DNA of 64,000 nt from Eledone cirrhosa (lineage: Eukaryota). The notes beneath the pieces are model-generated. The model was not told the origin of the DNA, made no database searches, and saw only the letters and a list, made by a program, of their open reading frames with translations. Both the position numbers and the translations under genes were made by a program. This document shows, in pieces, positions 1 through 14,500 of the stretch. The stretch covers positions 835,845 to 899,844 of the forward strand of contig CAXHJY010000105.1 of NCBI GenBank assembly GCA_964016885.1. The letters are read 5' to 3'. The number at the start of each line of letters is the position of its first letter. Position 1 is the stretch's first letter.

Positions 1-101
1 ATTACACAACAAAAACACCCGACTGGGGGAGGGGGTTTCTGTATTGTCACTTCCTGTCTTAAATATTAACAATTGTCTAGTTTCATTAAGACCTTAAAAA
101 T

Positions 102-1280
102 TGTCTATCTACAGATAGTAAGGACTATCTAGAGATAGTAAGGACTATCTAGAGATAGTGAGGACTGTCTATCTACAGATAGTAAGGACTATCTATCTAC
201 AGATAGTAAGGACTATCTACAGACAGTAAGGACTATCTACAGATAGTAAGGACTATCTACAGATAGTAAGGACTATCTACAGATAGTAAGGACTATCTAT
301 CTACAGATAGTAAGGACTATCTAGAGATAGTGAGGACTGTCTATCTACAGATAGTAAGGACTATCTACAGATAGTAAGGACTATCTATCTACAGATAGTA
401 AGGACTATCTACAGATAGTAAGGACTATCTACAGATAGTAAGGACTATCTACAGATAGTAAGGACTATCTACAGATAGTAAGGACTATCTACAGATAGTA
501 AGGACTATCTACAGATAGTAAGGACTATCTACAGATAGTAAGGACTATCTACAGATAGTAAGGACTATCTACAGATAGTAAGGATTGTCTATCTACAGAT
601 AGTAAGGACTCTCTACAGATAGTAAGGATTGTCTATCTACAGATAGTAAGGACTATCTACAGATAGTAAGGACTATCTACAGATAGTAAGGACTGTCTAT
701 CTACAGATAGTAAGGACTATCTACAGATAGTAAGGACTGTCTATCTACAGATAGTAAGGACTATCTATCTACAGATAGTAAGGACTATCTATCTACAGAT
801 AGTAAGGACTATCTACAGATAGTAAGGACTATCTACAGATAGTAAGGACTATCTACAGATAGTAAGGACTATCTACAGATAGTAAGGACTATCTACAGAT
901 AGTAAGGACTGTCTATCTACAGATAGTAAGGACCATCTAGAGATAGTAAGGACTATCTAGAGATAGTAAGGACTATCTAGAGATAGTAAGGACTGTCTAT
1001 CTACTGATAGTAAGGACTATCTACAGATAGTAAGGATTGTCTATCTACAGATAGTAAGGACTATCTACAGATAGTAAGGACTATCTATCTACAGATAGTA
1101 AGGACTATCTACAGATAGTAAGGACTATCTAGAGATAGTAAGGACTGTCTATCTACAGATAGTAAGGACTATCTATCTACAGATAGTAAGGACTATCTAG
1201 AGATAGTGAGGACTATCTAGAAATAGTAAGGACTGTCTATCTAGAGATAGTAAGGACTATCTAGAGATAGTAAGGACTGT
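102..1280. repeat. Minisatellite A, 20-bp unit ACTATCTACAGATAGTAAGG with 24-bp variants (extra CTAT/CTGT)
   Basis: Directly visible tandem array of roughly 55 units; each unit contains the inverted repeat ACTATCT-(AC/AG)-AGATAGT. Confidence 0.97.
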
Positions 1281-1321
1281 TTTCTGTCTTCTATTTCTAC
1301 ATCAACAGAATGTACAGCTAA

Positions 1322-1346
1322 GATATTATCTAGCCTAGATAATATC
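1322..1346. repeat. Short palindrome GATATTATCTAG-C-CTAGATAATATC
   Basis: Perfect 12-bp inverted arms with a 1-nt centre. Confidence 0.9.
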
Positions 1347-1503
1347 ATCCGGTTTCTTTCATAGTAGTTTCTTAGAAGACAAAATTAGGACATTGGCCTC
1401 TAGCTTTTCCTGAGAATATATATAACATACAACATACATTTAACCACTTGATAACAGAGAGAGGTGAAGTTACATGTGACAAGACAACTACATAACATCC
1501 ATC

Positions 1504-4500
1504 TAACTACCATTACAACACCTCATAACTACTACCACTACAAGACCTCATAACTACCACTACAACACCTGATAACTACTACCACCACAACACCTGATAA
1601 CTACTACTACAACACCTGATAACTACTACTACAACACCTCATAACTACCACTACAACACCTGATAACTACTACCACACAACACCTGATAACTACCACTAC
1701 AACACCTGATAACTACTACCACTACAACACCTGATAACTACCACTACAACACCTGATAACTACTACCACCACAACACCTGATAACTACTACTACAACACC
1801 TGATAACTACTACTACAACACCTCATAACTACCACTACAACACCTGATAACTACCACTACAAGACCTCATAACTACCACTACAACACCTGATAACTACCA
1901 CTACAAGACCTCATAACTACCACTACAACACCTGATAACTACTACTACAACACCTGATAACTACCACTACAACACCTGATAACTACTACTACAACACCTG
2001 ATAACTACCACTACAAGACCTCATAACTACCACTACAACACCTGATAACTACTACTACAACACCTGATAACTACCACTACAAGACCTCATAACTACCACT
2101 ACAACACCTGATAACTACCACTACAACACCTGATAACTACTACTACAACACCTGATAACTACCACTACAACACCTGATAACTACCACTACAACACCTGAT
2201 AACTACTACTACAACACCTGATAACTACCACTACAACACCTGATAACTACTACTACAACACCTGATAACTACCACTACAACACCTGATAACTACCACTAC
2301 AACACCTGATAACTACCACTACAACACCTGATAACTACCACTACAACACCTGATAACTACTACTACAACACCTGATAACTACCACTACAACACCTGATAA
2401 CTACCACTACAACACCTGATAACTACTACTACAACACCTGATAACTACTACTACAACACCTGATAACTACTACTACAACACCTGATAACTACCACTACAA
2501 CACCTGATAACTACCACTACAACACCTGATAACTACTACTACAACACCTGATAACTACCACTACAACACCTGATAACTACTACTACAACACCTGATAACT
2601 ACCACTACAACACCTGATAACTACCACTACAACACCTGATAACTACCACTACAACACCTGATAACTACCACTACAACACCTGATAACTACTACTACAACA
2701 CCTGATAACTACCACTACAACACCTGATAACTACTACTACAACACCTCATAACTACCACTACAAGACCTCATAACTACCACTACAACACCTGATAACTAC
2801 TACTACAACACCTGATAACTACCACTACAACACCTGATAACTACTACTACAACACCTGATAACTACCACTACAACACCTGATAACTACCACTACAACACC
2901 TGATAACTACTACTACAACACCTGATAACTACCACTACAACACCTGATAACTACTACTACAACACCTGATAACTACCACTACAACACCTGATAACTACCA
3001 CTACAACACCTGATAACTACTACTACAACACCTGATAACTACCACTACAACACCTGATAACTACTACTACAACACCTGATAACTACTACTACAACACCTG
3101 ATAACTACCACTACAACACCTGATAACTACTACTACAACACCTGATAACTACTACTACAACACCTGATAACTACCACTACAACACCTGATAACTACTACT
3201 ACAACACCTGATAACTACTACTACAACACCTGATAACTACCACTACAACACCTGATAACTACTACTACAACACCTGATAACTACCACTACAACACCTGAT
3301 AACTACTACTACAACACCTGATAAATACCACTACAACACCTGATAACTACCACTACAACACCTGATAACTACCACTACAACACCTGATAACTACCACTAC
3401 AACACCTGATAACTACTACCACTACAACACCTGATAACTACCACTACAACACCTGATAACTACCACTACAACACCTGATAACTACTACTACAACACCTGA
3501 TAACTACCACTACAACACCTGATAACTACCACTACAACACCTGATAACTACCACTACAACACCTGATAACTACTACTACAACACCTGATAACTACCACTA
3601 CAACACCTGATAACTACTACTACAACACCTGATAACTACCACTACAACACCTGATAACTACCACTACAACACCTGATAACTACTACTACAACACCTGATA
3701 ACTACAACACCTGATAACTACCACTACAACACCTGATAACTACCACTACAACACCTGATAACTACCACTACAACACCTGATAACTACCACTACAACACCT
3801 GATAACTACCACTACAACACCTGATAACTACCACTACAACACCTGATAACTACTACTACAACACCTGATAACTACCACTACAACACCTGATAACTACCAC
3901 TACAACACCTGATAACTACTACTACAACACCTGATAACTACCACTACAACACCTGATAACTACTACCACTACAACACCTGATAACTACTACAACACCTGA
4001 TAACTACCACTACAACACCTGATAACTACTACCACTACAACACCTGATAACTACAACACCTGATAACTACCACTACAACACCTGATAACTACTACTACAA
4101 CACCTGATAACTACCACTACAACACCTGATAACTACTACTACAACACCTGATAACTACTACAACACCTGATAACTACTACCACTACAACACCTGATAACT
4201 ACCACTACAACACCTGATAACTACTACTACAACACCTGATAACTACTACCACTACAACACCTGATAACTACTACCACAACACCTGATAACTACTACCACT
4301 ACAACACCTGATAACTACTACCACTACAACACCTGATAACTACCACTACAACACCCGATTACTACTACAACACCTGATAACTACCACTACAACACCTGAT
4401 AACTACTACTACAACACCTGATAACTACCACTACAACACCTGATAACTACCACTACAACACCTGATAACTACTACCACTACAACACCTGATAAATACCAC

Positions 4501-7500
4501 TACAACACCTGATAACTACCACTACAACACCTGATAACTACTACCACAACACCTGATAACTACTACCACTACAACACCTGATAACTACTACCACTACAAC
4601 ACCTGATAACTACTACCACTACAACACCTGATAACTACCACTACAACACCTGATAACTACTACCACTACAACACCTGATAACTACTACTACAACACCTGA
4701 TAACTACCACTACAACACCTGATAACTACTACCACTACAACACCTGATAACTACTACTACAACACCTGATAACTACCACTACAACACCTGATAACTACTA
4801 CTACAACACCTGATAACTACTACTACAACACCTGATAACTACTACTACAACACCTGATAACTACCACTACAACACCTGATAACTACTACCACTACAACAC
4901 CTGATAACTACCACTACAACACCTGATAACTACTACTACAACACCTGATAACTACCACTACAACACCTGATAACTACCACTACAACACCTGATAACTACT
5001 ACTACAACACGTGATAACTACTACTACTACACCTGATAACTACTACTACAACACCTGATAACTACCACTACAACACCTGATAACTACTACTACAACACCT
5101 GATAACTACTACTACAACACCTGATAACTACTACTACAACACCTGATAACTACTACTACAACACCTGATAACTACTACTACAACACCTGATAACTACCAC
5201 TACAACACCTGATAACTACTACAACAACACCTGATAACTACTAATACAACACCTGATAACTACTACTACAACACCTGATAATTACTACTACTACACCTGA
5301 TAACTACCACTACAACACCTGATAACTACCACTACAACACCTGATAACTACTACTACAACACCTGATTACTACTACAACACCTGATAACTACTACTACAA
5401 CACCTGATAACTACTACTACAACACCTGATAACTACTACTACAACACCTGATAACTACCACTACAACACCTGATAACTACTACCACTACAACACCTGATA
5501 ACTACCACTACAACACCTGATAACTACTACTACAACACCTGATAACTACTACTACAACACCTGATAAATACCACTACAACACCTGATAACTACCACTACA
5601 ACACCTGATAACTACCACTACAACACCTGATAACTACTACTACAACACCTGATAACTACCACTACAACACCTAATAACTACTACTACAACACCTGATAAA
5701 TACCACTACAACACCTGATAACTACCACTACAACACCTGATAACTACCACTACAACACCTGATAACTACCACTACAACACCTGATAACTACTACTACAAC
5801 ACCTGATAACTACCACTACAACACCTGATAACTACTACTACAACACCTGATAACTACCACTACAACACCTGATAACTACTACCACTACAACACCTGATAA
5901 CTACTACTACAACACCTGATAACTACCACTACAACACCTGATAACTACTACCACTACAACACCTGATAACTACTACTACAACACCTGATAACTACCACTA
6001 CAACACCTGATAACTACTACAACACCTGATAACTACTACTACAACACCTGATAAATACCACTACAACACCTGATAACTACCACTACAACACCTGATAACT
6101 ACCACTACAACACCTGATAACTACCACTACAACACCTGATAACTACCACTACAACACCTGATAACTACCACTACAACACCTGATAACTACCACTACAACA
6201 CCTGATAAATACCACTACAACACCTGATAACTACCACTACAACACCTGATAACTACCACTACAACAGCTGATAACTACCACTACAACACCTGATAACTAC
6301 CACTACAACACCTGATAACTACCACTACAACACCTGATAACTACCACTACAACACCTGATAACTACTACTACAACACCTGATAACTACTACAACAACACC
6401 TGATAACTACTACCACTACAACACCTGATAACTACCACTACAACACCTGATAACTACCACTACAACACCTGATAACTACTACTACAACACCTGATAACTA
6501 CTACTACAACACCTGATAACTACTACTACAATACCTGATAACTACCACTACAACACCTGATAACTACTACTACAACACCTGATAACTACCACTACAACAC
6601 CTGATAACTACCACTACAACACCTGATAACTACTACCACTACAACACCTGATAACTACCACTACTACAACACCTGATAACTACTACTACAACACCTGATA
6701 GCTACCACTACAACACCTGATAACTACTACTACAACACCTGAGAACTACCACTACAACACCTGAGAACTACCACTACAACACCTGAGAACTACTACTACA
6801 ACACCTGATAACTACTACTACAACACCTGATAACTACTACTACAACACCTGATAACTACTACTACAACACCTGATAACTACTACCACTACAACACCTGAT
6901 AACTACTACTACAACACCTGATAACTACTACCACTACAACACCTGATAACTACCACTACAACACCTGAGAACTACCACTACAACACCTGATAACTACCAC
7001 TACAACACCTGATAACTACCACTACAATACCTGATAACTACCACTACAACACCTGATAACTACTACTACAACACCTGATAACTACTACTACAACACCTGA
7101 TAACTACTACTACAACACCTGATAACTACTACTACAACACCTGATAACTACTACTACAACACCTGATAACTACTACTACAACACCTGATAACTACTACTA
7201 CAACACCTGATAACTACTACTACAACACCTGATAACTACCACTACAACACCTGATAACTACCACTACAACACCTGATAACTACTACTACAACACCTGATA
7301 ACTACTACTACAACACCTGATAACTACTACTACAACACCTGATAACTACTACTACAACACCTGATAACTACTACCACTACAACACCTGATAACTACCACA
7401 ACAACACCTGATAACTACCACTACAACACCTGATAACTACTACCACTACAACACCTGATAACTACTACAACAACACCTGATAACTACTACTACAACACCT

Positions 7501-8860
7501 GATAACTACTACCACTACAACACCTGATAACTACTACCACTACAACACCTGATAACTACCACTACAACACCTGATAACTACTACCACTACAACACCTGAT
7601 AGCTACTACTACAACACCTGATAACTACTACTACAACACCTGATAACTACTACAACAACACCTGATAACTACTACAACACCTGATAACTACTACTACAAC
7701 ACCTGATAACTACTACTACAACACCTGATAACTACTACAACAACACCTGATAACTACTACAACACCTGATAACTACTACTACAACACCTGATAACTACTA
7801 CTACAACACCTGATAACTACTACTACAACACCTGATAACTATCACTACAACACCTGATAACTACTACTACAACACCTGATAACTACTACTACAACACCTG
7901 ATAACTACTACTACAACACCTGATAACTACCACTACAACACCTGATAACTACTACTACAACACCTGATAACTACTACTACAACACCCGATAACTACTACT
8001 ACAACACCTGATAACTACTACTACAACACCTGATAACTACCACTACAACACCTGATAACTACTACTACAACACCTGATAACTACTACTACAACACCTGAT
8101 AACTACTACTACAACACCTGATAACTACCACTACAACACCTGATAGCTACTACTACTACACCTGATAACTACTACTACAACACCTGATAACTACTACAAC
8201 AACACCTGATAACTACTACAACACCTGATAACTACTACTACAACACCTGATAACTACTACAACAACACCTGATAACTACTACAACACCTGATAACTACTA
8301 CTACAACACCTGATAACTACTACTACAACACCTGATAACTACTACTACAACACCTGATAACTACCACTACAACACCTGATAACTACTACTACAACACCTG
8401 ATAACTACTACTACAACACCTGATAACTACTACTACAACACCTGATAACTACTACAACACCTGATAACTACCACTACAACACCTGATAACTACTACTACA
8501 ACACCTGATAACTACTACTACAACACCTGATAACTACTACTACAACACCTGATAACTACCACTACAACACCTGATAACTACCACTACAACACCTGATAAC
8601 TACTACCACTACAACACCTGATAAATACCACTACAACACCTGATAACTACCACTACAACACCTGATAACTACCACTACAACACCTGATAACTACCACTAC
8701 AACACCTGATAACTACTACCACTACAACACCTGATAACTACCACTACAACACCTGATAACTACTACCACTACAACACCTGATAACTACCACTACAACACC
8801 ACACAACTGATAACTACCACTACAACACCTGGTAACTACCACTACAACACACAACTGATA
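1504..8860. repeat. Minisatellite B, 22-bp unit ACAACACCTGATAACTAC(C/T)ACT with +/-3 bp (CTA) length variants
   Basis: About 7.35 kb, roughly 330 units; strongly C/A-rich plus strand; degenerate units at both ends. Confidence 0.98.
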
Positions 8861-8984
8861 AACTAGATAGATAACACACAGTAAATAAGTAGATATGATC
8901 TGAGAAAACTGGATATAAAAGGGATAAGATGTGGTGTGTAAGATGATATATACACATGTGGTGTGTAAAATGATATATTCAGAC

Positions 8985-9185
8985 ATTTGTTACCAACCTC
9001 ACCAAACCCAGCTCTGGTTCTATGAAATAAAACCTCCCATTTGAAAAAGTTCCTATTTAAATTATAATCTTCCAATATAATTTTATCTTAGTAATGAAAT
9101 AATAATTTGAGTAAATCCCTCGAAATTCTTCAATAATTAATTGAAACAATGTATTTCATTTGAAATGTGGTGATGAAAGGGTTAA
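8985..9185. mobile_element. Probable degenerate TTAA-type MITE remnant
   Basis: Ends in AAAGGG|TTAA (9176-9185), like the TTAA/CCC terminus of the MITE at 18641; a loosely similar stretch lies at ~10090-10200. The left terminus is eroded. Confidence 0.4.
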
Positions 9186-9476
9186 ACTATTCAGGAGAGT
9201 TACAAAACAAATCTACTCAATGGACATTTTAACCTCATACACCATCAAATAAATCACCCTTATTCCTGATATATACATAGGAGGAAAGGGATAGGACTAA
9301 TTATATATTGATCAATTCTTTAGGGACACGACTTTTAATAACTAACTTTTTTCTAACTTGTTCTGATTATCATTTCTTTTCACATAATGACAGACATCAA
9401 GCTAACTCAGGAAATAAAAAGGTAAGTTGTAATCATTTGCTTAAAGGTGAAGTATAGTGATTTAGAGATGACTTAC

Positions 9477-9579
9477 TTCCTGGAATTTGCAGTCATTTGT
9501 TGTCAAAGTTAGCAAAGTTGTGAAAGCTGCTGATGGAGATTCTACAACAGTATCCAAACGTAAAACATCTGCTAAGGTC
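9477..9579 (-). CDS. Candidate internal coding exon, TLADVLRLDTVVESPSAAFTTLLTLTTNDCKFQE (ARM-repeat-like helix pattern)
   Basis: Minus strand: TATTAG acceptor at 9580, 103-nt open exon (1 nt + 34 codons), perfect GAA|GTAAGT donor at 9476-9471. No homology search was possible. Confidence 0.4.
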
Positions 9580-9667
9580 CTAATACCACCAGAACACACA
9601 CATTTCTACAAGCTGGGAGAAATCTGGCTGTTATTTCTACCCTGTCAACTGACATGCACAGGTTTCA

Positions 9668-9870
9668 CATCATCATCCTCCTCACCATTTAAGAGTCATT
9701 TTTCCTATCATGGGTTAGACAAGTTGTCCCGTTATGAGTCAAATCAGATTAGATGACCATTTCTTACTCATACAGGACTGATTCTGGCTGGGTTTCTACA
9801 GCTGGATGCCCTTCCTAACACCCACCACATTTACAGTGTAGAGACTGGATACTTTTTATTGTGGCACCAA
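9668..9870 (-). mobile_element. SINE-like retroposon fragment, family 1 ((GAT)n tail)
   Basis: Reverse complement matches 18340-18530: CACTGTAAATGTGG.GGTGTTAGGAAGGGCATCCAGCTG core, GTCTAACCCATG motif and (GAT)n tail. Confidence 0.75.
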
Positions 9871-11204
9871 AACCACCACTCATGGCCTTTGGATATGAGA
9901 GAGTGTAGTGGCCAGGACATTTTAATGACATGAGGTTTTGTATCTATTTTAATATTATGATGTGAACAATAAAATTAATTCATTTATAAATTTCTATTTA
10001 TCCCACACAATACATTCTTTTGAAATTTAACAACAGGTTCCAAAACAAAAGACCACCCAGCCTCTCTAACTTTAATTCTATTCTAAATAACTTTTCTGAT
10101 AGCAAATAACCTGAAATTATCACTGCTTCTACAATACAAAACTGTTTATAATACTTTCCATCATAAATCTTGTGAGAAACTTTAAGTTATGTTCCAAACA
10201 AATTTTCTGTATATCATATAGACTGAGGAATATGTAACCCCCCCCCCAAAAAAAAAAATCGATATTAAAATGGGGGGGGGGGGCTTATATACACCATCTA
10301 AACAATACGTTGATTAACTGCCTTGGTTTATAAATGGGTTTGCCTATTTCTTCCTAAACATAAGTGAAGTCAACTTATATTCAAGTATACAAGGTAGATA
10401 CTTTATTAACTCCCTCCAAATTCTTGCTGATTTTCAAAATGCTTTGAAAATTATAGAAATATGGTGATATAGTTGTTTAGCAGTTTCTGTAGTTATTAAA
10501 TATATCCATAAAATAGAAAGGTTTGAACATCAGGGCTTATTCCTTTCACCATGAAATCTCCCATAACATTTATATTATGTCTCTCTCTTATAAAAAATAT
10601 AACAACCTTTACAGTTTAAATATTCTATTATCTAAAAACTTTGTGGTTATTAAGAAATGGCTGAGTATCTTAAGGCTTCAATTATCTATATGACCTCAAA
10701 TGACTCGCATGTTAAAAGTCATCTGCCCTAATATGTCGTTGACCTCTTGGTTCTGGTCGAAAGATATTGCCCCTGAAGGGATGGCAAGGGAGACACAGTG
10801 GAACAGCCAATCTACCTGACAAGGCTCACACCTGTGAGTAGCCTACTCTACTCCAATAATAGTGAGCAGGATGTGGTCCAGGAGCCAAAGATGCTGGAAG
10901 TCTCCAGGCTCAACCACAAACCTATCAGAGAACACCACTTATCAGTTTTATATATAAGAATCTGGAGGGGAGGGTCTGACTTTTACACAAGACTAACTTA
11001 TATTTTGAGCCTATATGGTGTATATAACACTGCAACTGTAAATACCCTAACTCACCCTAACCCTAATTAGTTTCTCATGTGGAAAAAAAAAACTAACTTT
11101 TTTAATTTAGAAGCAAAAATTGTGCAGATTTTGAATCTGAAGATTGCTTATTTTTTTAAGGCAAAATGAGAGACAGGTCTCATCTGACAGACATCGATCT
11201 TAAG

Positions 11205-11560
11205 TCATCGTCATCAACCATCAATATCATAATTTACCGACTATTTTCAATGCTTGCATGGGTTAAACAAATTATGTTTGGAGACAATGTCAAGTTAGGT
11301 GACCAAGTCTTGCTCATACGGATATAATTTTTGGTTTGGTTTCTATGGAGAGGTGCCCTTCCTAATGCTAACCATGTTACAGCATTGACTGGGTGCCTTT
11401 TGTCGTTTCCCCAGCACTACCACTTTACATTTACATGGTGGACTTGGTGCTTTTTTGTCATCATAAGCATGACCACCTTACAGGGTGGGCTGGGTGCTTT
11501 TTGTCATGGTACCAGTACTATTTATTACAGGGTGGACTGGACGCTTGTCGAGGCAATAAC
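11205..11560 (-). mobile_element. SINE-like retroposon fragment, family 1, carrying ~4 degenerate tandem copies of the 48-bp segment
   Basis: CATC-rich tail at 11205-11230, GCATGGGTTA motif, TGCCCTTCCTAA core at ~11355, then four units resembling the reverse complement of the 48-bp array unit (11370-11557). Confidence 0.7.
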
Positions 11561-11573
11561 ATTGTAGGAGAGC

Positions 11574-14500
11574 AGGTGTGGTGTCCACCTTTCCATACCT
11601 GTATACACAGGTAAGACAGGAGAGGTGTGGTGTCCACCTTTCCATACCTGTATACACAGGTAAGACAGGAGAGGTGTGGTGTCCACCTTTCCATACCTGT
11701 ATACACAGGTAAGACAGGAGAGGTGTGGTGTCCACCTTTCCATACCTGTATACACAGGTAAGACAGGAGAGGTGTGGTGTCCACCTTTCCATACCTGTAT
11801 ACACAGGTATGACAGGAGAGGTGTGGAGTCCACCTTTCCATACCTGTATACACAGGTAAGACAGGAGAGGTGTGGAGTCCACCTTTCCATACCTGTATAC
11901 ACAGCTAAGACAGGAGAGGTGTGGAGTCCACCTTTCCATACCTGTATACACAGGTAAGACAGGAGAGGTGTGGTGTCCACCTTTCCATACCTGTATACAC
12001 AGGTAAGACAGGAGAGGTGTGGTGTCCACCTTTCCATACCTGTATACACAGGTATGACAGGAGAGGTGTGGAGTCCACCTTTCCATACCTGTATACACAG
12101 GTAAGACAGGAGAGGTGTGGTGTCCACCTTTCCATACCTGTATACACAGCTAAGACAGGAGAGGTGTGGAGTCCACCTTTCCATACCTGTATACACAGGT
12201 AAGACAGGAGAGGTGTGGTGTCCACCTTTCCATACCTGTATACACAGGTAAGACAGGAGAGGTGTGGAGTCCACCTTTCCATACCTGTATACACAGGTAA
12301 GACAGGAGAGGTGTGGTGTCCACCTTTCCATACCTGTATACACAGCTAAGACAGGAGAGGTGTGGTGTCCACCTTTCCATACCTGTATACACAGGTAAGA
12401 CAGGAGAGGTGTGGTGTCCACCTTTCCATACCTGTATACACAGCTAAGACAGGAGAGGTGTGGTGTCCACCTTTCCATACCTGTATACACAGGTATGACA
12501 GGGGAGGTGTGGTGTCCACCTTTCCATACCTGTATACACAGGTAAGACAGGAGAGGTGTGGTGTCCACCTTTCCATACCTGTATACACAGGTAAGACAGG
12601 AGAGGTGTGGTGTCCACCTTTCCATACCTGTATACACAGGTAAGACAGGAGAGGTGTGGAGTCCACCTTTCCATACCTGTATACACAGGTAAGACAGGAG
12701 AGGTGTGGTGACCACCTTTCCATACCTGTATACACAGGTAAGACAGGAGAGGTGTGGTGTCCACCTTTCCATACCTGTATACACAGATAAGACAGGAGAG
12801 GTGTGGTGTCCACCTTTCCATACCTGTATACACAGGTAAGACAGGAGAGGTGTGGTGTCCACCTTTCCATACCTGTATACACAGCTAAGACAGGAGAGGT
12901 GTGGAGTCCACCTTTCCATACCTGTATACACAGGTAAGACAGGAGAGGTGTGGTGTCCACCTTTCCATACCTGTATACACAGGTAAGACAGGAGAGGTGT
13001 GGTGTCCACCTTTCCATACCTGTATACACAGGTAAGACAGGAGAGGTGTGGTTTCCACCTTTCCATACCTGTATACACAGGTAAGACAGGAGAGGTGTGG
13101 AGTCCACCTTTCCATACCTGTATACACAGGTAAGACAGGAGGTGTGGTGTCCACCTTTCCATACCTGTATACACAGGTAAGACAGGAGAGGTGTGGAGTC
13201 CACCTTTCCATACCTGTGTACACAGGTAAGACAGGAGAGGTGTGGAGTCCACCTTTCCATACCTGTATACACAGGTAAGACAGGAGGTGTGGTGTCCACC
13301 TTTCCATACCTGTATACACAGGTAAGACAGGAGGTGTGGAGTCCACCTTTCCATACCTGTATACACAGCTAAGACAGGAGAGGTGTGGTGTCCACCTTTC
13401 CATACCTGTATACACAGCTAAGACAGGAGAGGTGTGGAGTCCACCTTTCCATACCTGTATACACAGGTAAGACAGGAGAGGTGTGGTGTCCACCTTTCCA
13501 TACCTGTATACACAGGTAAGACAGAAGAGGTGTGGAGTCCACCTTTCCATACCTGTATACACAGGTAAGACAGGAGAGGTGTGGTGTCCACCTTTCCATA
13601 CCTGTATACACAGCTAAGACAGGAGAGGTGTGGAGTCCACCTTTCCATACCTGTATACACAGGTAAGACAGGAGAGGTGTGGAGTCCACCTTTCCATACC
13701 TGTATACACAGGTAAGACAGGAGAGGTGTGGTGTCCACCTTTCCATACCTGTATACACAGGTAAGACAGGAGAGGTGTGGTGTCCACCTTTCCATACCTG
13801 TATACACAGGTAAGACAGGAGAGGTGTGGTGTCCACCTTTCCATACCTGTATACACAGCTAAGACAGGAGAGGTGTGGTGTCCACCTTTCCATACCTGTA
13901 TACACAGGTAAGACAGGAGAGGTGTGGTGTCCACCTTTCCATACCTGTATACACAGGTAAGACAGGAGAGGTGTGGTGTCCACCTTTCCATACCTGTATA
14001 CACAGGTAAGACAGGAGAGGTGTGGAGACCACCTTTCCATACCTGTATACACAGCTAAGACAGGAGAGGTGTGGAGTCCACCTTTCCATACCTGTATACA
14101 CAGGTAAGACAAGAGAGGTGTGGTGTCCACCTTTCCATACCTGTATACACAGGTAAGACAGGAGAGGTGTGGTGTCCACCTTTCCATACCTGTATACACA
14201 GGTAAGACAGGAGAGGTGTGGAGTCCACCTTTCCATACCTGTATACACAGGTAAGACAAGAGAGGTGTGGTGTCCACCTTTCCATACCTGTATACACAGG
14301 TAAGACAGGAGAGGTGTGGCGTCCACCTTTCCATACCTGTATACACAGGTAAGACAGGAGAGGTGTGGTGACCACCTTTCCATACCTGTATACACAGGTA
14401 AGACAGGAGAGGTGTGGTGTCCACCTTTCCATACCTGTATACACAGCTAAGACAGGAGAGGTGTGGTGTCCACCTTTCCATACCTGTATACACAGGTAAG

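Noticed and set aside
9000-9052. Minus-strand exon candidate ELFQMGGFIS* that would extend the ARM-like exon
   Set aside because: It hits a stop after 10 codons and lies in a probable MITE remnant; it shows that short protein resemblances here can be chance.
9394-9520. Plus-strand micro-exon with AAG|GTAAGT donor at 9422 and a 71-nt intron
   Set aside because: Very short product with no recognisable similarity; it overlaps the better-supported minus-strand exon candidate.
10205-11025. Possible Tc1/pogo-type MITE ends (AACTTATATT...GGT at ~10372 and ~10995)
   Set aside because: Too degenerate to define TIR pairs or boundaries by eye.
11044-11066. CCCTAA telomere-like motifs
   Set aside because: Only about three degenerate copies; insufficient for an interstitial telomere call.
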